Shown piece by piece: positions 27,618 to 34,867 of a stretch of DNA of 64,000 nt; positions within the stretch are counted from its first letter, which is position 1, and each line of letters opens with the position of its first letter. The notes under the pieces were generated by a model, which did not search any database, had not been told where the DNA came from, and saw only the letters and a list, made by a program, of their open reading frames with translations. The DNA lies in the NCBI GenBank assembly GCA_045543555.1, contig JAZQMQ010000023.1, positions 5,446-69,445 on the forward strand. The letters run 5' to 3'. Made by a program: the position numbers and the translations under genes. The DNA is from Eubacteriales bacterium (GTDB taxonomy: Bacteria > Bacillota > Clostridia > Oscillospirales > CAG-272).

Positions 27618-28280
27618 TTAAAAAAGTTTCTTCTGAAGTGTCAGCGGCATAACGGGCACGCCCGTCAGCTTTTCTGCTACTTCTTTCACCGCCGTGTGTG
27701 TCCACAGGGGAAGCCCCGTCCTTTCACACAGCTCGTTTATATAGGAATAAGAATCGGTTACGGTCTCCACGGTCGTGAGTTCCCCAAGATTTGAGTTGTT
27801 TACGATGCAGGTAAAATTCAGCCCGCACGCCGTCTCAATCTCTCTCATTATCTCGATAGCACCGTCAACCGATGCGGTAAGGGGTCGATAGCAGTTGGCT
27901 ACGAACACCATCTCGTAATCGTTCTCCGCCTTTATAGCCTCGACGAATCTGCCGAGGGCATATGCGCCGCGGTCGTCGCCGCCTATATCCATTATACCGT
28001 AGACCGACTTGTCTTGCACAAGTCTGTAGCTTGCGGCAGGCAGGGCTGGCAGGTCAACGTTCGTGTTTGCATACTGTGGGGAAATTAGGTCGATTCCGTG
28101 AGCATTAAGCTCCTCCTCGCTGTCCTTGGTACGAAAGTACGGATTGACAATATCGAGGTCGGCTATACAGACCTTTTTTCCTTCGTTTGCAAGCTTTATC
28201 GCGTAATTTACGGCGATATTCGTTTTACCGCTTCCGTAGTGCCCTGCAAAAAGGGTAAGTCGCTTATTATTCATGATCAA
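27618..28280 (-). CDS. P-loop NTPase (MinD/CobQ-like) associated with vor genes
   Basis: GHYGSGKT, DLDIVNPYFR, DIGGD; start may be ATG 28274. Confidence 0.8.
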   Translation of the reverse strand: MIMNNKRLTLFAGHYGSGKTNIAVNYAIKLANEGKKVCIADLDIVNPYFRTKDSEEELNAHGIDLISPQYANTNVDLPALPAASYRLVQDKSVYGIMDIGGDDRGAYALGRFVEAIKAENDYEMVFVANCYRPLTASVDGAIEIMREIETACGLNFTCIVNNSNLGELTTVETVTDSYSYINELCERTGLPLWTHTAVKEVAEKLTGVPVMPLTLQKKLF

Positions 28281-30553
28281 AGCTGTTTTCTTATTATCTT
28301 TCCGCTCGTGGTCTTGGGCAGACTTTCACGGAATTCAACTATTCTCGGGTACTTATAGGGAGCTGTACGGGATTTTACGTAATCCTGTATCTGCTTTTTC
28401 AGCTCGTCGGTGCCCTCCATTCCCTTGACGAGAACGATGCTTGCCTTGACGACCTGACCTCTTATCTCGTCGGGTGCGGCGGAAACTCCGCATTCGAGTA
28501 TGTAAGGAAGCTCCATTATGACGTTTTCAATTTCAAACGGTCCGATACGGTAGCCCGAAGACTTGATAACATCATCGGCACGTCCGACGTACCAAAGGAA
28601 GCCGTCCTCGTCCTTCCATGCGAGGTCGCCCGTGTGGTAGAAGCCGTCTCTCCAAGTCTCCTTGGTGACCTCCTCGTTGCCCTCGTAAGCGTAGGCAAGA
28701 CCGCAAGGAAGACCCTTTTCAATGTTGATACATATCTCGCCGTTTTCACCGCTCTCAACCTCGTTACCGTCGATGTCAAGCAGATGAACGTCGTAAAGGG
28801 GTACGGGTTTACCCATAGAGCCTATCTTGTGGCTTCCGCCTGCAAGATTACCAATGATGAGAGTGCTTTCGGACTGACCGAAGCCCTCCATTATCTTGAG
28901 TCCCGTGTGTTCCTCGAACTTGCGGAATACCTCGGGGTTAAGCGCTTCGCCCGCAGTTGATGCGTGCTCGATGCTCGAAAGATCGAAGCGGCTGATGTCC
29001 TGCTTGATGAGCATACGGTACATGGTGGGCGGTGCGCAGAAGGTCGTTATGCCGTATTTTGCAAAGAGGGGGAGTATCTTTTCGGCATCGAAGCGGTCGA
29101 AATCGTAAACGAAGTTTGCCGCCTCGCAGAGCCACTGACCGTAGAGCTTGCCCCACATCGCCTTTGCCCAACCGGTGTCGGAAATGGTGAGGTGAAGCCC
29201 GTCTGGATTGACCTGATGCCAATATTTTGCGGTAATGAAGTGACCGAGGGGATATTTGTAGCTGTGAGCGGCGATCTTGGGATAGCCCGATGTTCCCGAT
29301 GTGAAGAACATGAGCATGGGATCGCTTCCGCAGGGAGCATCCTCGGTGCGAACGAAATGGCTGCTGAAGAGGGGGAATTCCTCGTTGAAATCGTGCCAAC
29401 CGTCGCGGCTGCCGTTGACGAGGATCTTTTGTTCAAGACAGGGACAGCTCTTGGCGGCGCTTTCCACTGCATCAGACACTTCGCCGTCGGCGGTACAGAG
29501 TATCGCCTTAACGTTTGCGGCATTGAATCTGTAAGAAAGGTCCTTTTCAAGAAGCTGATTGGGAGCGGGAATTGCAATAGCTCCGAGCTTATGAAGACCG
29601 AGCACCGCAAACCAGAACTGATAGTGGCGCTTGAGAATGAGCATTACGCGGTCGCCACGCTTGATTCCGAGAGATTTGAAGTAGTTTGCGGCTCTGCTTG
29701 ACTCCTTCTTCATATCGGAGAAGGTGAGGCGTCTTTCCTCACCGTTTTCACTTACGTGAAGCATTGCCAGCTTGTCGGGCTTACGTGTTCCAAGCTCGTC
29801 AACGATGTCGAAGGCGAAGTTGAACTTCTCCTCGTTTTTAAATTCGATCCTTGTAAGGACGCCGTCTTCCTCGGTGGGAATGATGAAGTCGTTGTAGATA
29901 CGTACCTGCTTGTCCTCGGCACGACGCTTGGTAGCAACAGAAATTGCTGCCTGTTGCTCGCCCTCTCTTGCCGCTTGATTGCGAAGGACGATAGCATAGA
30001 AGGAGCAATCCTCTCCGCCCACCGCCATCATACCGTGAGGCGTACCCGAATCGTAGTAGATCGTGTCGCCTGGATTAAGTATCTCGGTGTGTTCACCGAT
30101 CTGGATCTTCATCTGACCCTTTATGACGATGTCGCACTCCTGACCCTCGTGAGTTACAAGCTCGATCTCGGCATCGGGACGGTAGTTCATATTCATATAA
30201 AGTGGGAGCGCAATACGGTTACGGAAGCCTGAAGCAAGGTTATAACCGATCATATTGTGTGCTTCCTCTATTCTCTGCCCTTCTCCCTTACGGGTCAGCG
30301 CATAGGAGCGAAGCTTCGGGGATTTACCCTCGAGAATATCTCCCATATCGACGCCGAAGCTGAGAGTACAGTGATAGAGGAAGGCAATACTGAGATTACG
30401 GTTACCCGCCTCGCACTGCTCGTATTCATAAACGCTCATTCCGGTTCGTGAAGCCATATCCTCGACCGAAAGGCCCGTAATAATACGAAGTTCTTTTATT
30501 CGATTTGCTATTTCTTTTATCTTGTGTTCCATTGAACTGAAGTTCTGTTCCAC
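28277..30553 (-). CDS. XRE-HTH + cupin + acyl-CoA synthetase (AMP-forming) fusion, paralog B
   Basis: IANRIKELR HTH, THEGQE...PHGM cupin, FTSGTSGYPK, EGFGQSE, YHTGD, GRADDVIKSSGYRIGPFEIE, LPKTTSGK. Confidence 0.88.
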   Translation of the reverse strand: MEQNFSSMEHKIKEIANRIKELRIITGLSVEDMASRTGMSVYEYEQCEAGNRNLSIAFLYHCTLSFGVDMGDILEGKSPKLRSYALTRKGEGQRIEEAHNMIGYNLASGFRNRIALPLYMNMNYRPDAEIELVTHEGQECDIVIKGQMKIQIGEHTEILNPGDTIYYDSGTPHGMMAVGGEDCSFYAIVLRNQAAREGEQQAAISVATKRRAEDKQVRIYNDFIIPTEEDGVLTRIEFKNEEKFNFAFDIVDELGTRKPDKLAMLHVSENGEERRLTFSDMKKESSRAANYFKSLGIKRGDRVMLILKRHYQFWFAVLGLHKLGAIAIPAPNQLLEKDLSYRFNAANVKAILCTADGEVSDAVESAAKSCPCLEQKILVNGSRDGWHDFNEEFPLFSSHFVRTEDAPCGSDPMLMFFTSGTSGYPKIAAHSYKYPLGHFITAKYWHQVNPDGLHLTISDTGWAKAMWGKLYGQWLCEAANFVYDFDRFDAEKILPLFAKYGITTFCAPPTMYRMLIKQDISRFDLSSIEHASTAGEALNPEVFRKFEEHTGLKIMEGFGQSESTLIIGNLAGGSHKIGSMGKPVPLYDVHLLDIDGNEVESGENGEICINIEKGLPCGLAYAYEGNEEVTKETWRDGFYHTGDLAWKDEDGFLWYVGRADDVIKSSGYRIGPFEIENVIMELPYILECGVSAAPDEIRGQVVKASIVLVKGMEGTDELKKQIQDYVKSRTAPYKYPRIVEFRESLPKTTSGKIIRKQL

Positions 30554-30591
30554 TTGGCACCTCTTCGTGCTAAAAATAATTGATAAATTAT

Positions 30592-30621
30592 ATTATACTA
30601 TGTTTTGAGCACCCTTGTCAA
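30592..30621 (-). promoter_or_regulatory. Internal sigma-A promoter upstream of paralog B and the vor genes
   Basis: Minus strand TTGACA-18 nt-TATAAT. Confidence 0.65.
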
Positions 30622-30656
30622 TATTTTTCGAGCTTATATTACTGACAAACTTTACA

Positions 30657-32924
30657 TCAAAGCTTGTTTCTCATGATTTTTCCGCTGATAGTCTTGGGAA
30701 GCTCTGTACGGAATTCGACGATCCTTGGGTACTTATAGGGTGCGGTATGAAGCTTTACGTAATTCTGAATGTCCTTCTTAAGCTCATCCGTTCCCTCTAC
30801 GCCCTTGACCAGAACGATACAAGCTTTGACGACCTGACCTCTTACCTCGTCGGGAGCGGCACAAACGCCGCATTCGAGAACGTAAGGAAGCTCCATGATC
30901 GTAGACTCGATCTCAAACGGTCCGATACGGTAGCCCGAGCTCTTGATAACGTCATCGGCACGTCCGACGTACCAATAGTAGCCGTCCTCATCGCGCCATG
31001 CAAGGTCGCCCGTATGATACATTCCGTCGTACCATACGCTCTTTGTTGCTTCTTCATTCAGGTAGTAGCCGAGGAATACTCCGCAGGAGATCTTTTTATC
31101 GGTGCGGATAACAATCTCGCCGTTTACACCGTCGGGAACGGGATTTCCGTCGGTATCAACAAGGTCGATTCCGTAGCTCGGAACGGGCTTACCCATAGCG
31201 CCGGGCTTAAGCTGTGTACCATAAAGGTTTGCTATACCGAGGGTCATTTCCGTCTGACCAAATCCCTCCGCAATATGAAGCCCCGTTGCCTTTTCAAACT
31301 GATAATAGACCTCGGGATTAAGCGCCTCGCCTGCCGTTGTGGCATGACGAATGGAGGAAAGGTCGTATTTACTCAGATCCTGCTTGATAAGCATTCTGTA
31401 CATCGTGGGCGGTGCGCAGAAGGTGGTGATTCCGTACTTACTAAACATCGGCAGGATCTTTTCGGAATCGAAACGATCAAAATCATATGTGAATACAGCA
31501 CCTTCGCAGAGCCACTGACCGTAGAGCTTGCCCCAAAGTGCCTTACCCCAACCGGTTTCGGAAATTGTGAAGTGCAGTCCGTCCTGCTCACAAAGATGCC
31601 AATATTTTGCGGTAACAAAGTGACCGAGTGCATATTTATACGAATGCATTGCCATTTTGGGATAACCCGTTGTACCCGAGGTGAAAAGCATAAGCATAGG
31701 ATCGTTTCCACAGGGAGCGTCGTCGGTACGGACAAAACGGCGACTGAAAAGAGAATATTCGTTATCAAAGTCGTGCCAACCGTCGCGGCTTCCGCCAACA
31801 AGCACCTTGGTAAGAGACTTTTCGCACTGTTTTTCTGCAAGCTCGACCTGATGTGAGGTATCGCCGTCCGCGGTACAGATAATGGTACTTACACCTGCAG
31901 CATTAAAGCGGTAAACGAAGTCCTTTTCAACGAGCTGATTTGTTGCGGGAATTGCGATTGCGCCAAGCTTATGAAGACCGAGAATTGCAAACCAGAACTG
32001 GTAGTGACGCTTCAGCACAAGCATAACGCGGTCGCCACACTTGATTCCGAGGGATTTGAAATAGTTGGCGCTCTGAGAAGAAGCGTCCTTTATATCCTTA
32101 AAGGTGAATCTGCGCTCGGTCATATCGTTTGCTACGTGTATCATAGCAAGCTTTTCGGGCTGACGGCGAGCGATCTCATCTACGGTATCGAAGGCAAAAT
32201 TGTATTTGTCCTCGTTTTCGTAGGAGACATCGGTAAGAGCTCCGCGCTCGTCCTCTGTGGTCTTGATAAATTTTTCGCAAAGGAGCGGTACCTTCGCTGC
32301 GGAATGCTCACGGCCGCCGATGTAAAGAGGCTGATCCGTTACGTCACTCGCCATGACCATCGCAAGAAAGACGCAGTCCGCACCGTCAATTGCGATCATT
32401 CCGTGAGGAGTTGAGGATTTGTAAAATACACTGTCTCCCTCATGAAGCACTTCCTCGCGATCGCCGATACGGACACGCATTGATCCCTTTACTACGAGGT
32501 CAAATTCCTGTCCTGCGTGAGTTACGGTGTGAATGGGCTTCTTTTGAAGCTCCTCGGAATACTGATAGGTTACCCAGTAGGGCGTAGCAAGCTTCTTGCG
32601 GAAGAGTGGTGCCATATCCTGAATGGTAATACCGTCCTCGCTTGCGGTGGTAAGACCCTCACCGCGACGGGTTACTGTGTAACCCGAAAGCTTTGCGCTG
32701 TGACCCTCGAGAATATCTGTGATCTCAAGCCCGTAGACCTTCGCGCACTTATGTATAAAGGTAAATGGCAGGTCAACCGTTCCGGTTTCATAGGAAAGAT
32801 ACGTTTCCTCGCTGACCTCTGTCATTTCTGCCATTTCTTTGGGAGTATATCCCATGATCTGACGCATTTCGCGTATACGCTGTGCAATATTCTGCAGCTG
32901 GTTCATACTTGATTGCGTTGTCAT
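30657..32924 (-). CDS. XRE-HTH + cupin + acyl-CoA synthetase fusion, paralog A
   Basis: IAQRIREMR, THAGQE...PHGM, FTSGTTGYPK, EGFGQTE, YHTGD, LPKTISGK. Confidence 0.88.
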   Translation of the reverse strand: MTTQSSMNQLQNIAQRIREMRQIMGYTPKEMAEMTEVSEETYLSYETGTVDLPFTFIHKCAKVYGLEITDILEGHSAKLSGYTVTRRGEGLTTASEDGITIQDMAPLFRKKLATPYWVTYQYSEELQKKPIHTVTHAGQEFDLVVKGSMRVRIGDREEVLHEGDSVFYKSSTPHGMIAIDGADCVFLAMVMASDVTDQPLYIGGREHSAAKVPLLCEKFIKTTEDERGALTDVSYENEDKYNFAFDTVDEIARRQPEKLAMIHVANDMTERRFTFKDIKDASSQSANYFKSLGIKCGDRVMLVLKRHYQFWFAILGLHKLGAIAIPATNQLVEKDFVYRFNAAGVSTIICTADGDTSHQVELAEKQCEKSLTKVLVGGSRDGWHDFDNEYSLFSRRFVRTDDAPCGNDPMLMLFTSGTTGYPKMAMHSYKYALGHFVTAKYWHLCEQDGLHFTISETGWGKALWGKLYGQWLCEGAVFTYDFDRFDSEKILPMFSKYGITTFCAPPTMYRMLIKQDLSKYDLSSIRHATTAGEALNPEVYYQFEKATGLHIAEGFGQTEMTLGIANLYGTQLKPGAMGKPVPSYGIDLVDTDGNPVPDGVNGEIVIRTDKKISCGVFLGYYLNEEATKSVWYDGMYHTGDLAWRDEDGYYWYVGRADDVIKSSGYRIGPFEIESTIMELPYVLECGVCAAPDEVRGQVVKACIVLVKGVEGTDELKKDIQNYVKLHTAPYKYPRIVEFRTELPKTISGKIMRNKL

Positions 32925-32939
32925 AACTCAATCCCTTTC

Positions 32940-33195
32940 AAAACAAAAATCGTCTCAAGAAAATCCTTCTTGAGACGAGTAATTATACCCGCGGTACCAC
33001 TCAAATTACGGCATAGCCGTCACTTTGGGCTCCAACAAGCCCTCGCCCTTAACGCGGGAAACGGAATGCCCTGGCTTAAGCTCGGACATTCGACTCGGAA
33101 GTGATATGCACATTGGCTCCAAGCTATCGGCTCACACCGTCCGCCGACTCTCTGAAAGCTTAAGTAACCGTGCCGTCTTCGTCACAGTCTTTGAA
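32940..33195 (-). ncRNA. T-box riboswitch with Ile (AUC) specifier
   Basis: Minus strand: AGAGA and GGUGUGA stem I motifs; specifier loop GUGC-AU-AUC-A-CUUC (AUC at 33105-33103); T-box AAUUUGAGUGGUACCGCG (33007-32990); terminator UCGUCUCAAGAA/UUCUUGAGACGA plus U-run. Confidence 0.88.
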
Positions 33196-33208
33196 TATTG
33201 TTGAAAAT

Positions 33209-33237
33209 ATTTTACCACGATAAAGGGACTTTGTCAA
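33209..33237 (-). promoter_or_regulatory. sigma-A promoter of the T-box leader
   Basis: Minus strand TTGACA-17 nt-TAAAAT with extended TG. Confidence 0.7.
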
Positions 33238-33331
33238 ATGTTTTTTAATCAAAATGTGCAAAAAAATTTAATCCGCTGTCTTTTTTATTTTGTGCAAAAG
33301 CGTCAAAAGTTACAACATTGCTTGTTTTCTC

Positions 33332-33360
33332 TTGACAATTAACAGATTTAATGGTTAAAT
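33332..33360 (+). promoter_or_regulatory. Candidate divergent promoter for the LeuA-like operon
   Basis: TTGACA-17 nt-TTAAAT with TG; the -10 match is weak. Confidence 0.4.
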
Positions 33361-33457
33361 ATATAAATACAGAGTTAAATATATAAGCACAGAATGTATA
33401 ATTATACCCCGAGGAAACGCTTTGGGGATCTTATCCAAAAGGAGTTGACAGGCATTT

Positions 33458-34867
33458 ATGAAACAGATCAAAATCAGCGACGCTACGATGAAGCAGACCT
33501 TCGAGGGCTTTGCCCTATCCTTCAAGGAAAAGATCGAGCTATCGAAGCTACTAAATAAGCTTGGCATTGACGTGATAGAACTCGATTTCATAAGAAATGC
33601 GCGTATCGATTCGCTTCAGATAAAATCCATCGTTTCCGCGGTAAGAGACAGCGTCATCGCAGTTCCGGTTGAGCAGAACGAAGAAAGCATCAAGATAACT
33701 TGGAACGCTCTTCAGAGCGCCGAAAAGCCACGCCTTCAGGTCTGCGCGCCCGCATCTCAGGTGCAGATAGAATACATTTCCCACAAGAAGCCCGATGCAA
33801 TGCTCGAAAGTGTAAAAAATACCGTTATCGCTTGTAAAAAGCTCTGCTCCGACGTTGAGCTCGTCATCGAGGACGCAACAAGAAGCGAGCAGGCTTTCCT
33901 TACAAAAATGATCGAAACCGGAATCGATGCAGGTGCAACGGTAATTACCCTTTGCGATACTGCGGGAACTATGCTCCCCTCTGAATTTGCGGAATTTATA
34001 AAGGCACAGTATGAAAATCTCCCCGTTCTTAAAAACGTGAGCCTCGGAATATCCTGCGCGAATACAATTTCCATGGCGGACGCTTGCGCCATTGCCGCTG
34101 TAGCTGAAGGCGCGACACAAATTAGTTGCGCTTCTTATCCCGATAACTGTGCGGACCTCTCAAATATTGCGCACGTTCTTTCTGCAAAGGCAGATACACT
34201 TGATGCACATTGCAATATTGCGGTAACTCAGATAAGCAGAATAATCGATCAGATAAATTGGCTGTGTAACCCGTCAAAGAGCACGGACAGCGCACTTGCG
34301 ATCGGTGACCATGATGATGCGGGAGTATTTCTCACCTCTCACGATGATGAAAACGCCGTTTTTGCGGCAGCTGAAAAGCTTGGATACGACCTTTCGGAGG
34401 CTGAAACTGCAAAGGTATATGCCGCCTTCCGTCAGATCGCAGAGAGGAAGGAAAAGGTGTCCTTCAAGGAGCTTGACGCAATCGTGGCATCAAGCGCAAT
34501 GCAGGTTCCTCCCACCTATAAGCTCGATACATACGTTATAACCTCAGGAAATACCATTTCCGCAACCGCACACATCAAGCTCGAAAAGAACGGTCAGAGC
34601 GTCGAGGGTGTCTACATCGGCGACGGCTCAATTGATGCCGCTTTCCAGGCGATAGAAAAGATCACGGGCTGTCACTACGAGCTCGACGATTTCCAGCTTC
34701 AAGCGGTAACCGAGGGACGCGAGGCGATGGGTCAGACCGTCGTTAAGCTCCGTGCTAACGGCAAGGTCTATTCGGGACGCGGAATCTCCACCGACATCGT
34801 CGGCGCGGGTATTCAGGCGTACCTTTCCGCACTCAATAAGATAATCTACGAGGAGGAAGCTGAATGA
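33458..34867 (+). CDS. LeuA/CimA-like DRE-TIM protein with a degenerate active site and a retained C-terminal regulatory domain
   Basis: Retains EDATRS, LCDTAG..LPSE, GDGSIDA, AVTEG.EA.G and G.STDIV.A. The canonical DxTLRDGEQ is replaced by DATMKQ and HCHND by SCANT. Confidence 0.8.
   Translation: MKQIKISDATMKQTFEGFALSFKEKIELSKLLNKLGIDVIELDFIRNARIDSLQIKSIVSAVRDSVIAVPVEQNEESIKITWNALQSAEKPRLQVCAPASQVQIEYISHKKPDAMLESVKNTVIACKKLCSDVELVIEDATRSEQAFLTKMIETGIDAGATVITLCDTAGTMLPSEFAEFIKAQYENLPVLKNVSLGISCANTISMADACAIAAVAEGATQISCASYPDNCADLSNIAHVLSAKADTLDAHCNIAVTQISRIIDQINWLCNPSKSTDSALAIGDHDDAGVFLTSHDDENAVFAAAEKLGYDLSEAETAKVYAAFRQIAERKEKVSFKELDAIVASSAMQVPPTYKLDTYVITSGNTISATAHIKLEKNGQSVEGVYIGDGSIDAAFQAIEKITGCHYELDDFQLQAVTEGREAMGQTVVKLRANGKVYSGRGISTDIVGAGIQAYLSALNKIIYEEEAE

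Noticed and set aside
30615-31856. 413 aa plus-strand ORF
   Set aside because: Antisense to acyl-CoA synthetase paralog A; no independent coding signal.
33458-34867. Functional 2-isopropylmalate synthase (leuA)
   Set aside because: The RD, HxH and GERxGN motifs are absent and no leuBCD is nearby, so the gene symbol was withheld.
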